A DNA stretch of 64,000 nt. It comes from Octopus vulgaris. Taxonomy: Eukaryota. The translations under genes were made by a program, and so were the position numbers. Shown here piece by piece: positions 1 to 13,603 of the stretch (within the stretch, counting starts at the first letter, position 1; each line of letters opens with the position of its first letter). Below the pieces are notes generated by a model. That model did not search any database. It was not told the DNA's origin and was given only the letters and a program-made list of their open reading frames with translations. The DNA is taken from the NCBI GenBank assembly GCA_951406725.2, contig OX597837.1, positions 20,398,001-20,462,000 of the forward strand, given 5' to 3'.

Positions 1-218
1 AGACTGCATGGCCACAGTCTAATGACTGAAACAAGCAAAAGAACACCTACACACACACACACACACACACACACATATCTTTTAAATTCGTTTATGATAA
101 CGTTAGGAGTATACAAATAAAGCTTCTATTTCGTTATGTCGGCAACCATCTAATGATACTGAATAGTCAGTTTTAATGTAGGATAAATGTAATAATTATT
201 ATAATAATTCTAGGAGAG

Positions 219-419
219 AATTCATAAATATTTGATACAACGCTACGCGCGTTTCCACAAATCACATGATTTTGACATCAGAAACCGTATCCTTGGGATG
301 AATATACTCATCCCAAGGATACGGATGAGTACGGTATACTCATCCCAAGGACTCTGATGTTAAAGTCATGGGATTTGTGGAAACGCGCGTAGCGATGCAT
401 TTAATATTTATAAATTTCA
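219..419. repeat. Inverted repeat with nested hairpin; probable Penelope-like inverted terminal repeat
   Basis: cgctacgcgcgtttccacaaatc...gacatcaga (241-281) is complementary to tctgatgtt...gatttgtggaaacgcgcgtagcg (353-394); inner hairpin ccgtatccttgggatga/tcatcccaaggatacgg. Confidence 0.7.
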
Positions 420-422
420 TCC

Positions 423-496
<74 letters not shown>

Positions 497-624
497 CACA
501 GGGGTTGACAAGTTCAAAAGAAGCAATATCCGGCTCGAATAGATAACTAAGTCTGGGAGTGAATTAACAATATTATAATTGTTAGACCGAAAGAATATGT
601 CGTTGGACTTGCGACTATAAATAA

Positions 625-645
625 TATATATGCATATACATATAC

Positions 646-723
<78 letters not shown>

Positions 724-1275
724 GTGCGCTTGCGTATGTTTGCATACATACCCACACACTCGCATGCATCCCTACCCACATACATACACGCACACCTACT
801 CACACACACACATACACACACACACATACCCGCACACACACACACATACATACATACACACACATACCCACTTCAGACATACACACACACAGACATACAC
901 CCATACACCCACACTCACACGCATACACACACACACATACACACGCACACGTACACATACACACACACACACACCTACATACATACATTACACTTGTATA
1001 CACACACACTTACATTCATACACACACACACCTACACAGCCATACCCTCACTCAGACACACACATCTACCTACACACACACACAAACACACACTGACACA
1101 CACCCATACATACATACATCTACACACTCACGCCTACACACATACATACACACATACATAAACACACACACATACACATACACATACACACATACGCACA
1201 CACGCATATACTTATACACATGCACACACACACACATACATACATACACCCATATACATACACACACACATACCT
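625..1275. repeat. (TA)n followed by degenerate (CA)/(CATA) microsatellite
   Basis: Directly visible; explains the HT/YI/VC ORFs. Confidence 0.95.
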
Positions 1276-2371
1276 ACATGGGGGGGTAGGACAACTATTT
1301 AGGAGAAGATATGCAAAAACTCATGATGGTGTATCTTTCTCATTTTTGCAGATTTAACGCATTGTAGCAGCTCCAGCAGTGGATTTGGTAAAATTGAAAC
1401 ATGGCCGGTCATGAAGTTCCTCTATTTGCCAAGCAAAAGAGCAGTGGAAATCCATGACAAGATGAAGGAAATCTTAAAGCATGGCTGCTCATCTAACTCC
1501 ACAGTGAAAATCTGAGTGTCAAGGATTTAGACTGGTCATTTGAAGGCCACAGATGAACCCTGGTCATGACGGCCAACCTCTGCGACCACAGAGGACAAAA
1601 CCAACGCTGTGCACATTTCTGCAAAATGCGCCCCGGAGAACCTGAACGCTGATCAGAAGCATATTAGAGTGACGACATCAAAGGCGATTTTGGACCGGTT
1701 TGCTGCAGGAGATGCTGATTTTATGGCTCATTTCATCACCCTGGATGAAACTTGGCTTCATCATTATGATCCCCCGACCAAGCAGCTATCAATGAAGTGC
1801 TGCCACAGCGGTTCACCGCCTCCCAAGAACTTTCGGACCCAGAAGCCAGCTGGAAAGCTTCAGTGTTTTGGGACAAAGACAGAGTACTCATAAAATACCT
1901 GTTAAGCAGTCATACCATCAACGCTGAATGCTACATGTCTCTGTTGGACGAATTTCGTGAAGATTTGAAGCAGAAACGCCGAGAAAAGCTGAGCCGTGGT
2001 GTCTTGTTTTTGCAGGACAATGCACCAACACGCACAGCACGTGAAACTACCGAAAATACGAGACTGACTTCGAATCGGTAGACCACTTACCTTACGGTCC
2101 TGGCTTGGCCCCCTCCGACTGTCACTTGTTTCCACAACTGAAGAAACATCTCAAGAGAACGAAATTTAACTCCAATTCGGAAGTGATTGCTGCTACAGAG
2201 GTCTGGTTGGAGGTCCGACGTTTCCGGTTCTTTTTACAGGGTTTACAAAACAGGACTGCTACAAATAAGTATTTGAATCTGAGAGGGGAATATGTTGAAT
2301 AAAATCATAATTAACTGATCCTCCTGTATTTTCTTTTACCCAAAGCCAGGAACTTTTCAGCGCCTCCTCGA
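1275..2371 (+). mobile_element. Decayed mariner (DD34D) DNA transposon
   Basis: Frameshifted transposase motifs ITLDETWLHHYDP, FLQDNAP, LAPSDCHLFPQLK, GEYVE*; mariner-like right end ccaggaacttttcagcgcctcctcg. Confidence 0.88.
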
Positions 2372-2379
2372 ATGTGTAT

Positions 2380-2423
<44 letters not shown>

Positions 2424-2812
2424 CTGCACATGAATTTGCTTTTAGTGGATAAAGTGTTACACAAGATTGAACTCATTTTTCAGTACAATCAGTCATAACA
2501 CCAGTGGCACAACGGAGGTGAAGATGACCACAATATAAAATTTTTTTTTTTCGTATACAAATTTACTTTCTCTTAGAAGAGTGTAACGAGAAGTTGGGGT
2601 ACTTCACTCCAAGATTTTGAACTGTCTCGATAGTGGGGCCCTGGGAAAGAGTTACAAGGTTTTGAGGAATGTAGAACTACCCCTTAGGGTCACAGCTGTG
2701 GGTTAAATAGCATACATACGTACATACATACATACATGTCTATATGTCTGTATTATCTATCTATATATATGTATCTATATGTGTGTGTATATGTGTATGC
2801 ATGTATGTTTTA

Positions 2813-3194
2813 TCTTTTACTTGTTTCAGTCCTTAAACTGCGGCCATGCTAGGGCACTGCCTTGAAGGATGTGTTAGGCGAATGAATCGACAGCAGTACT
2901 TTTTTTTAAAGCTTGGTGCTTATTCTATTGTTCTCTTTTGACACACTGCTAAGTTAAGGGGATGTAAACACACCAACACTGGTTGACAAGCGATGTTGAG
3001 GGACAAACACAAACACAAACAACCTCCAATACACTCACACACACATAGATACATATATACGAGGGGCTTCTTTCAGTTTCCGTCTACCAAATCCACTCCT
3101 AAGGCTTTAGTCGGCCCGTGGCTATAATAGAAGACATTTGCCCAAGAGAACCATGTGGTTGGGAAGCAAACTTCTTACCACACGGCTACGCCTG
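2813..3194 (-). mobile_element. tRNA-derived SINE, family 1
   Basis: Reverse complement of the family-1 pattern (tggctgtgtggtaag head ... ccagcatggccgcag...gaaacaagtaaaag tail). Confidence 0.85.
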
Positions 3195-3797
3195 ATGGAC
3201 AGGAAGAAAGATTCCACCAAGAATCGAAAGAAAAAGAGGAGAGGCACCAAAATACATGGGATGTGAGTGAATATGATATTTGATTACCCTCGGAACATAG
3301 AAAGGGACTGTCCGATGCTTTAATGTATAAGAAACAGAGATTTCTTCCATCAAAATAACATTTGACGTTTTTTAGGGATATCATGTTATATGTATGTAAT
3401 TCGCAGATTTTGTTGCGTTTAAGATTCTGACCTCCTTTTGTATTTTCTCTATCGTTGGCAAAAACATCTCCATTTCTAGTCGAAATCATACTACAGTTAG
3501 TCTATCTACGCATATAATCGGCTGTATTCATAATTTTACCATAATTTGTGCAAGGAAAGGGTGATAAATGAAACATTTTTCTCACTTTGGGCCACTGCTC
3601 CGAAGTCAGACCAAGACATAAAATCAAGGAAAACTTTTTTTTTTTTGTGAAAAATCAAGGTAGTATGTATACAAAGATCCTGAGTTCATTGGTGAAAACA
3701 AATTGCATATCTGGATTTAGCTCGAAAAAAAATGCTTCAGAAACATTTGTCTATTCACTAGAAACATTTCCGTCCTAAAATTCTATAGATTTATCAT

Positions 3798-4176
3798 TAA
3801 CTAGCAGTATCGCCCGGCGTTGCTCGGGTTTGTAAGGGAAATAACTATAAAGCATTTTTAGAGAGTTATAGCCAAAAAAATGGGAAAAAAATGATGGTAA
3901 ATTTTTTTTTTTAGTTAAAAAGGTCGAGTTGCGTCCCCTAGACAGTCTGTGGTTTGTGTTTCTAATTCTCGACTCCATGTCGAATTTATCGATTTTTTTT
4001 CAGAACTGGGGGAACTTTTCAAAATTTTCGCTGCGTTAGTTTTGAATTATGACATTGGGCTATGTGTGTGTCAAGTTTCATCAGAATCGGTTGAAAGCCG
4101 TGGTCAGGGTGAGGGTACAACCTGACAGACACACAGAAACACACACAGACAAACTGCCGTTTATATATAGAGAGAT
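3798..4176 (+). mobile_element. Non-autonomous Helitron/Helentron (HINE-like) element
   Basis: Begins taactag plus GC hairpin gcccggcgttgctcgggt, ends (acag)-type repeats plus tttatatatagagagat; architecture resembles HINE/DINE-type elements. Confidence 0.5.
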
Positions 4177-5103
4177 AGTGTGTTTTCTTCCCGCTTCGCC
4201 AATACTAATAATATTTTGTTTTAAGCTTGTTTCAGTTGCTAATAACGTTTTGTGTTGAAACTTTTCCGGTAGTAGGATTTGCACTTATTATTACAGCTTG
4301 TATTTCATCGTCCTTTTATCGGTTAATATTCATTTATTCGTCATTGTTACTTAATATTAAATGCTCGTTCTGTCATCAAGTGCTTTGCAATATTTCATCT
4401 TACAGCCACCCGCTTTAAATTTTACATTTTTAACTGTTGCATACTTTGCAGGCGTTCTACTAAGAATTAATATTTTATTGCTTTAACAAAAGCAAATATA
4501 ATTTTAGTATTTTTCTTTTCATCATAGTAATACTAAGATTACATTGCTATAAAATATTTGCATATCGGCTTACTTCGCTTCACTTTCATTATGTATGTAA
4601 CAATATTGGATTCTGTAACTGCATGTTATATATATACAAACAATATACGTATTTCGTTTGGTTTGCATCAAAAGGGTGACAATAATTGTGAAAAGATGGG
4701 TTTAATTTTTCACTACACATAAACATAGATAGAGTAACGGTTTTACAATATTGATGTGTTTAGTAACGAAAAGAAACTGGCCAGCTAAAATATACCACCT
4801 ATTAACATTCTTTTGTGAACCCCTAAAAATTTTCATTACAACAAAGTTGACACACTCAGTTACTAAGGTTCTAAATATTGGACTTAATACTTTTGACCTG
4901 TACATTGTCAGAGCAAAACACGTGATAGGATTTATCCAATCAAACCACAAATAGCTAATCTACTAACACATCTTGTGACTACCTAACAAAGGAACACACT
5001 TAAACATACATACTCGCTTACAAAGCTCTACACACATGAATGAATTCTAAAACAATAGCATAACCCAAATTTAATTAATAAAAATTTCTTTTAAACACCT
5101 CTC

Positions 5104-5395
5104 TATAAAGACCCACCCTAAAACCCAATCATTACCTCACTCATACTCGTACACTCAAGGAAGGCTTAGTCAAAAGATATTATATAAAGCCAAGATTAAC
5201 TTTAATACATTGCAGACCGGCGATGGGTTAAATAGTCGAAACTTATTCTTGATCAACAATAAATTTGTACTCTGCAAAAGTATGAAGTAACCCCTCAGAT
5301 CAATGTAAAATTGTTTTTATTATAACTAAGCATAAAGACAAGCATATATCTGTGTGTGTGCGTGTGCGTGTGTGTGTGTATCTGTGTCTGTGTCT

Positions 5396-5427
<32 letters not shown>

Positions 5428-5559
5428 TTGTGTATCTGTGTCTGTGTGTTTGTGTTTCTGTGTACATACACACGCACATACGCACCGAAATATGTATATA
5501 AAGACCCACCCTAAAACCCAATCACTACCTCACTCATACTCGTACACTCAAGGAAGGCT
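5104..5559 (+). repeat. ~62 bp direct repeat pair (5104-5166, 5497-5559)
   Basis: tataaagacccaccctaaaacccaatca.tacctcactcatactcgtacactcaaggaaggct occurs twice. Confidence 0.85.
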
Positions 5560-5599
5560 CATCTTATATATATATATATATATATAAGATGAGTTTAAG

Positions 5600-6255
5600 T
5601 GAAGGTAACCCAAACTCATAGGTATGCAGTCTGAGTGCTCCAATTGATAAGCCACTAGAATCACAGTTCAAACAGGAGCTAGAGTTGTGGTAGAACAAAT
5701 GTCCAGTTGGGAGACAACCGGCAATCAGTAGCTTACCTTCGAGTCAGTAGGTATAAATTAAAGTAGAAAACAATCAAAGCAGGACAATGCCGCTTAAATA
5801 GTGCTGGCAGTTTGAATGCTGCACTGACATTCAAACTACTAGCGCTACTGTTTTCCCTTCTCTCCACTGGACACATTACTCGACCTTTATTTTAAGCAAT
5901 AGATTTACCTAAGAATATACGTAAAGAACCCTTTCATACAGATCGGAATAACCCCCACCTCACCCCTACTCTCCTGAACATGATAATCTATAATCTATAA
6001 CGACCGTGCTACGCATCTTTCTACAACAAATGTTCCTGCTTATATTTCTTATATATCTTCGATGACGGAATACCCAGTATATGGAACCTTGGATCAATAT
6101 GGTGATCCAGAGCCTGGAATATCCCAGAAACAGCTGTATATCTATATCTATTAATTCTACCTGTATTGCATCAGCATAAACTCTCTTAAATTAAACTAAA
6201 CTAAATAAATTTAAATGCCATAGTCCGACAAGATTAATTGTTTTCTCATATATAT
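5600..6255 (+). mobile_element. Probable Penelope-like element remnant
   Basis: Degenerate hammerhead-like motif tcgatga...gaaacagctgta (6059-6138) with palindromic stem III; flanked by (TA)n. Confidence 0.45.
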
Positions 6256-7449
6256 GAGAAAAGCTGGCTTATTTTTTTGTTTTTTGATTTATTATTAATG
6301 TCGCTTAATATGTTTTGTTAAAATTACTGTTTCTTTTCAGATACTATCAGAAAACGGTAATTAAAATTCATTAAAATGACGGATCTATCGGACTTTCAAA
6401 ACGGCCATATTGTTGGTGCTCGTATGGCAGGCGCTAGCGTAACGAAAACAGCCGAAATGATTGATGTATGAAGAAGTACTGTCTCGAAAGTAGTGACAGC
6501 CTTTGAGAAAGAGGGAAAAACCTCCTCGTCGAAACCAAACTCCGGAAGAAAACCAAAGCTTTCAGATAGAGGCCTCGGATTCTTACGCGAATTGTGAGAA
6601 ACGATCAGTAAAGTAAAGCTCCCCAAATTACTGCAGAGCTTAATGACCACCTTGAGAACCCAGTTTCCACACAAACTGTTTGCCAGGAGCTGCACAAAAC
6701 CGGATTTCACGGGAGGGCTGCAATCAGAAAGGCACTACTTTCAAAAACAAACGTTGCAAAGCGTTTAGAGTGGAGTAAAAACCTACAGAATTGGTCCCTA
6801 GGGCAGCGGAAGAATGTTATTTTCTCGGACGAGTCATACTTTACCTTGTTTCCGACCACAGGCCGAGTATACGTGTGGAGACAGCCAAAAGAAGCATTTG
6901 ACCCAGAATGCCTTCTTCCAACTGTTAAATATGGAGGAGGATCTGTGATGATCTGGGGGCTGTATCTTGGAAATCCGCCGACCTACTGGTTTACCTTCAT
7001 GCCAGAATTAATAGTCAAAACAATGTAAGCATTTTCTCTGATCAAATCCATCCTGTGGTTGCGGAACTGTTTCCGGAGGGAAACACAATCTTTCATGATG
7101 TTAATGTACCAATTCACATAGCTAAAGTTGTACTGAATGGCACGAGGAACATTCTAGTGAAGTTAAACATATTATCTGGCCACCACAGTCCCCAGATATT
7201 AATATTATTGAACATTTATGGTACATTTTAGAAAAACAGGTAAGGAGTCGATATCTTCCACCATCACCACTACAAGACTGTTTTAGCTGAAGAATGGACA
7301 AAGATTTCTTTGGAAACAATTCATATTTTGTACGAGTCCACACCTCGTAGAATTCAAGCTGTAATTAACTACCAAAGGCGGTCCTACCCATATTAAAATA
7401 AATCAGTTAGAAATTTTAAGGTGTTTCCATTATTTTCTCCCACCCCTGT
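6256..7449 (+). mobile_element. Decayed Tc1 (DD34E) DNA transposon
   Basis: MTDLSDFQNGHIVGAR HTH start at 6376, VIFSDES, TVKYGGGSVMIWG, WPPQSPDINIIEHLW; stops and frameshifts. Confidence 0.9.
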
Positions 7450-7454
7450 GTGTA

Positions 7455-7515
<61 letters not shown>

Positions 7516-7535
7516 ATGTGTATGTGTATATATAA

Positions 7536-7749
7536 GGAGGTGCAATGACCCAGTGCTTAGGGCAGCGGACTCGCGGCCATAGGATCGCGGATTCGATTCC
7601 CAGACCGGTCGCTGTGGGTGTTTATTGAGTGAAAACATGAAAGGTATACGTGTCTGTGGAGTGCTCAGCCACTTGCACGTTAATTTCACGAGTAGGCTGT
7701 TCCGTTAATCGGTTCATCTGAAACCGCCGTCGTCGTAATCGACGGAGTG

Positions 7750-7752
<3 letters not shown>
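7536..7752 (+). mobile_element. tRNA-derived SINE (family 3-related)
   Basis: A-box-like tgacccagtgcttag, B-box-like gattcgattcc; head similar to 13309 copy. Confidence 0.7.
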
Positions 7753-7823
<71 letters not shown>

Positions 7824-7848
7824 GTATGTATGTATATATATATGTATG

Positions 7849-7910
<62 letters not shown>

Positions 7911-8059
7911 GCATAAATTATTCACTCGTTTACGAATAATATAGATTTTCTTTTAATCACTTCCTCGTTGTTCCTAATTATTATCAATTTTGCCAGTTGT
8001 TTATGTAAACAATATATCAACAATTGGTAACATTCTCAGTTACGTACATAGTTTAGTAA

Positions 8060-8119
<60 letters not shown>

Positions 8120-8264
8120 CTGTGTCTCTCTCTCCCCTTTTTCTTTCTCTCTCAGTCCCCCTCTCTCTCTCCCTGTATATATACATACATATCTAAACAA
8201 AACCTGGGAAATTTAGTTTGTTCTTAATTCCATGTTACTTGTGTTTCATTATAGTATGAGAAAT

Positions 8265-8453
8265 TACTGTGTGGTAAGAAGTTTTCTTCCCAACAACATA
8301 GTTCCGGGTTCAGTCCACTTGCGTTGCCTCTAGGGCAACTGTCTTTTATTGTAACCCCGGTCAACCAAAGCATTGAGAGTGAATTTGGCTGACAGAAACT
8401 GAAAGAAGCCTGTCGTGTATACATGTGTGTGAATGTATATATATATGTTTAAT

Positions 8454-8499
<46 letters not shown>

Positions 8500-8745
8500 T
8501 GTATGTATCTATGCATCTATGTGTGGAAGTGCGTGTATGCCTTTGTGTTTGCCACCACCAACACATAAGAACCGATGTTGGTTTGTTTACGTCCTTGTAG
8601 TTTCTTAGTTCAGTAAAAAGAGACTGATCGAATAAGTACCAGGATTAAAAAAAAATTAAACATAAAGAAGTGCCGGGATCGATTTGTTGGACTAAAAACC
8701 CTTCGAGGCGGTGCTTCAGTCAAATGACTGAAACAAGTAAAAGCG
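8265..8745 (+). mobile_element. tRNA-derived SINE, family 1
   Basis: ctgtgtggtaag head, internal TA/TATG tract, tail gtcaaatgactgaaacaagtaaaag. Confidence 0.85.
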
Positions 8746-8996
8746 TAAAAGAATAATATTGGTATTAATAATGTTATGAATATTACCTATTATAATTAAT
8801 TTATAATAGGTACAAACGTGGAAATCTACTGTAATTCTTCATGACACAATTTGCATTATAAACCCTTTTTTATAAACACATAACATGCAAACACACATGC
8901 ATAAATATACACATGTATATAACTATTATGAATTTATTAGGTTTATAACATTATTATTATGATTATTATTATTATGATTAATAATATTAATATCTA

Positions 8997-9437
8997 AGAC
9001 AGCGATCTGACAGAATCGTTAGCACGTCGGGTAAAATGCTTAGCGGTATTTCGTCTGTCTTTACGTTCTGTGTTCAAATTCCGCCGTGGTCGACTTTGCC
9101 TTTCACCCTTTCGAAGTTGATAAATTAAGTACCAGCGAAATACTGGGGTCGAGGTAATCGACAATCCTCCTCTCCCAAAATTTCAGGCCTTGTGCCTAGA
9201 GTAGAAGGGATTATTATTGTGAATAATAATATTAATATCTAGGGCAGTAAGCTGGCAGAATCGTTAGCGCGCCTGGCAAAATGCATAACGGTATTTCGTC
9301 CGTTGCTACCCTCTGAGTTCAAATTCCACCGCGGTTGACTTTTCCTTTCATCTTTTCGGGGTCAATAAAATAAGTACCAGTTGAGTACTGAGGTCGAGGT
9401 AATTGAATATCTCCCTCGCGAATAATTTCAGGCCTTG
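8997..9437 (+). mobile_element. Two tandem copies of SINE family 2 (TTA-tailed)
   Basis: gcagaatcgttagc...gttcaaattccgcc...gactttgcctttc...aagtaccag...tttcaggccttg repeated at ~8997-9215 and ~9242-9437. Confidence 0.85.
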
Positions 9438-9515
<78 letters not shown>

Positions 9516-9531
9516 GTTGTTGTTGTTGTTT

Positions 9532-12425
9532 CGCATACACACAACAGATTGGGCTGTTGGAAAAGAAAAAAATTCTTAACATCTGTTGTAACAAGTAACC
9601 TTAGATGTCAAGAACCCTCCTAAGTATTCTAGATATCCCTATGTTGTGTAGACGCCCCCATTCGATGAAGTAGGCTAGCTCAATACGTAGATATAGAGGG
9701 AGAAGTCTAGACGTCGAGGAGTTGAATTGAGTAGAGGTCATCCGAAAGTGCGATATAACAGTGGGGACGAGGATTTCGTAGCTCACACAGCCACTGTGTA
9801 GTACTGCGACATAACAACGTACTTTCAGCATCGGTTTGATTTTTAAACTCTTCTCGCAGGAAACCATCAAGGTGCTTGAAAAAGTGATGGTCTGTAGGAG
9901 AAAGGTTTGGAGAATAGGTTGGGTGTGGAAAACTTCGTAGCCAAGTTCCCTCAACTTCTGGAGCGTCATTAGTGAAACACGTGGTCAAGCATTGTCATAA
10001 AGAATAATTGGCCCTATTCTGTTGACCAGTCTGGGACGGAGGAGTAGCAGTTTTTCGTTCATCTGGGCAATTTCATTGCAATGTTTCTGCAGTAGTGGTT
10101 TTACCTGGTTTTAAGAAGTTATAGTGGATGAGTCCAGCAGTACACTACCAAACAGTCACCGTAACATTCTATTTGAGGAGCTTGGGTTTAAGGAAGGTTT
10201 TCGGTGCTTTATTTTGGTCGAACCACGGAAAAGAAGCGACGAGCAAATTTCATATCTGCTCATTTTTTTGATTTTCATTCAAATTGTATGGTACCCATTC
10301 GTTGAACTTTTCTGATTTTCCGTTTGCATGCAAAATGGTTGCAGGCAGTTTTCTAGCTAACTTGAAGTTCTTTTGTCAGTTTTCGAATCCTTTTACGAGG
10401 ATCTTTCTCAATGGCTGTCTTTAATTGACCGTCATCGATGACCGATGGGCGTCCACTACGCTCAAGATCTTCAAGGCTCAGGCCTCCACTGTGAAATCGT
10501 TTAAACTATTTTCGAGCTGACCACTCACTGGTCATTTCCTCACCAAATATTTCGTTGATATCGCAAGCAGTTTCAGTTGCTTTACATCCTTTTTTGAAGT
10601 TGAATAGCAAACTTTACTCGAATATCGCGCTTTGACAGTTTCACTTCAGATGATTGTAACAACAGTGAAATAAATATCTATGTTAATTTATTAATGCATT
10701 TGGGCAAGTCTTTGTTTGTATCATTATACTATTGCAAAAATAAAGTTTTTAAAAAAATTCAAAACTTTTGAAAATTCCGGTACAAATTCTTCATGGTTCA
10801 AACACTGTTTACCTTTTGCTCAACCTGATAGGTTCATTTTCATACCACTTATCAGTATGGTCAAATCCTAGCTTTCTACATAATTCCTAGTGGATTATTC
10901 TCCCTAGATTTCCCTGTCGTTTCTTGTACTCTCTGTGTGCCAGCATGCTACATTCACTTACTATATGAGCGACACTTTCCTCTTTTGATTTATATAACCT
11001 ACATTGAGAATCTACCTGATTTTTGTCTATCTTGGCTTTTATCCCATTAGTCCTCTATGCTTGATCTTGTGCAGCTACTAACAAGCTTTCTGTCTCCCTT
11101 TTCAGCGTCACTTTCTGCAACATTAACCATGTCTCACTACTACTATGTCTTGCAATTATCTTTGAGAATCTACCATGCAAAACCTCTTGCTAGTCTGATA
11201 ATCTTTCTTCTTTTTTCTGGCCTTTAAGTTCATTTGGCATTTTTGGTTTCCCTATGTTCGACTGTGATTCTAGCATTTCTTAATAAACTTTCTTCACTAT
11301 TACCTACACAGGAGGCTATATCTACTTTTGCTAACTCCACGCAGTCTTCTACTAATGTAAACCCTCATCCACCTTCCTTTCTAGGTAAGTATAATCTTGC
11401 TACTCCTGCTCTTGGGTGAAGTTCTCCATTCATATTGAATTCCTTTATAGTCATTCTGTATATAATTGCTAATTCGGCTTTTGTCCAGTCTACAAAAGCT
11501 GCTGAGTATCTAAGTAATGATACTGTCCAAGTATTTACAGCCTTCACTAGATTCGGACCATTTGACTTTGACTTCATTAGCTTCCTCGCCCTTCTGATGT
11601 ACTTTTTCTCAAATTTCTCTTACATTTCTATAATTAGTACACTGTCAGAATCTAATACTCCTAGATACTTATAACTTTCTCCTTCGTTCATTGATTTTAA
11701 TTTCTGGCCATCTGGTAATTGGATGCTTTCACTGTTGACTACCTGTCCCTTTTTCATGACTAATATTGTACACGTATCTATGCCAAATTCTTTTGCTGAA
11801 GAGTCTTACAGTTTGTATTAAGGAAACTATTTCTTTCTTATCCTTACTAAAAAAAAACTTCAGATCATCCATGTAGAATGAATAGTTAATTTTTCCATCA
11901 CTATTCCTGAACTGATACCCTTCTTTTACCTTCCTTAATATTAAACAGAGGTAGGTTAAACATAAATATTAAAGGGGATAAGGAGTCTCCTTAGAAAATT
12001 CCTCTCTTGATATTAACTTTCCCTTAGGCTGTGTTACCTAAGGAGAGATCTACTTTCCATTTCTTCATGCGATAGCTTATTAAATCTCTTATGTTGCCTG
12101 CAGTAAGGAATATACTCAAACATTCACTTATCTATGAGTGTGGGATCATGTCATAGGCTTTCTTATAATATATCCATGCTAAAAACGTTAATTTTTTTCT
12201 TTCTAGATTTCACTTATTTTAGAACTGCTTTGTCTAAGCATAATAGATCATGCGTTCCTCTAGCCTTCTTCCTGCAAAATTTCTGTTCTTCTAGCAGCAA
12301 ATTCTGGCTGTCAAGGCGCTCATAAATGCTTTCTCAGAGCATTCCTATAAACAATTGCCACACTAATGGTACACAAGTGATTGCTCTATAATTGCTAACC
12401 ATATTACCCTTGTTTTGTCTTCTAT
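9532..12425 (-). mobile_element. Decayed R4/Dong-type non-LTR retrotransposon, interrupted by a mariner
   Basis: Minus-strand IF*GDSLSPL (~11975-12000), FYMDDLK (~11860-11878), LHPRAGVARLYLPRKEGG, QDQA motif; C-terminus RILRRVLDI* at 9601 and 3' UTR abutting the (TTA)n tract 9437-9530. Confidence 0.8.
9815..10830 (-). mobile_element. Decayed mariner transposon nested in the retrotransposon
   Basis: LYDNA, TLQKLRELGYEV, PHPTYSPNLSPTDHHFFKHL (YSPDLAPSD motif), N-terminal HTH remnants ~10400-10640. Confidence 0.85.
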
Positions 12426-12471
12426 AAGGAGCAATTAATATTATAAAAGAAATCATTATTATTAATGATTT

Positions 12472-12845
12472 CTGATGATATGTGCATCTCTGATCATGAG
12501 CAGAAGTAGTGGGGGAGCATCATAACCGTGTGTTGAGGGGAATACTTCAGGGTTTGAATAATTCATCTCTGGAAACATGGGTGTTTCATTCAAGATCCTT
12601 AAACAACCCTTAATCAGGGACCTTTTGAGCGGGATGGGTTACTCGACCAGAAGAAAATTCTAACTGGGCCCCACCCGCAAGGTCATGCGCTGTTTATCTT
12701 GATATGAGATCACCATGTCACGAACATATGGTTGTGATGCATGTGCCTGATGTACCCTTATCAGACGGGTAGTCATGATGGGTATACTGGGCTTCGTAAA
12801 TTTTACCCCAGTATCACTTTGATGGCATGCACTGCTCTCTCACTC
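12472..12845 (+). mobile_element. 5'-truncated copy of ~555 bp TAA-tailed non-coding retroelement
   Basis: Matches the right ~370 bp of 28437-28990; ends ctctctcactc followed by (AAT)n. Confidence 0.85.
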
Positions 12846-12855
12846 AATAATGATG

Positions 12856-12917
<62 letters not shown>

Positions 12918-12919
12918 TG

Positions 12920-13075
12920 AGGTGGCATGCCGGGGAAAATGCTTAGCGGCATTTCGTCCGTCTCTACGTTCCGATTTCAAATCCCGCCAAGATTGATTTT
13001 GCCTTTCATCATTGGGGTTGACATAATTGATTTACCCTCCCCCGAAACTGCTGGCCTTGTGCTAAAATTTGAAAC
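12920..13075 (+). mobile_element. SINE family 2, partial
   Basis: aaatgcttagcggcatttcgtccg...tttgcctttcatc...ggccttgtgc. Confidence 0.75.
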
Positions 13076-13308
13076 CAATGATACTAATATTAATGTTTGT
13101 TGCCACTTTTACGTGGCTGTTCCATGCAGAACACAGTTACTACAGTTTAACCAAAAGAAAACATCTTTTCCGCCTGGTTAGCAACACACAGCTTGTGTCT
13201 GATATATTACAACAAAGGGACCTGTAGTAGCATTGTTCTGCATAGAACAGCCACACAAACCGTCAGAGATTTTAAAATCAATTTCATTAGCTTAACATTA
13301 ATATTTGT

Positions 13309-13603
13309 GGAGGCACATGGCCTAGTGGTTAGAGCAGCAGACTCGCGGTCGAGGGATCGCGAGTTCGAATCTCAGACCGGGCGATGTGTGTGTTTATGAG
13401 CGAAACACCTAAGCTCCACGCGGCTCCGGCAGAAGGTAATGGCGAACTTCTGCTGACTCTTTCGCCACAACTTTCTCTCACTCTTTCCTCCTGCATCTTG
13501 CAGCTCACCTGCGACGGACCGGAGTCCTGTCCAGGTGGGGAACCTATACGCCAAGAAAACCGATAAACCGGCCCTGTGAGCCAGGCATGGCTTGAGAAGG
13601 AAC
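13309..13603 (+). mobile_element. tRNA-derived SINE, family 3
   Basis: Clear Pol III A box tggcctagtgg and B box gttcgaatc; near-identical head reversed at 36547-36692. Confidence 0.85.

Noticed and set aside
547-1267. HT/YI/VC-rich ORFs here and throughout (e.g. 30485-31752, 48875-52146, 57583-58671)
   Set aside because: Translations of (CA)n/(TA)n microsatellites, which lack stop codons.
13309-13385. tRNA gene (also 39235, 36620)
   Set aside because: A/B boxes are present but followed by a dispersed SINE body, with no proper acceptor stem.
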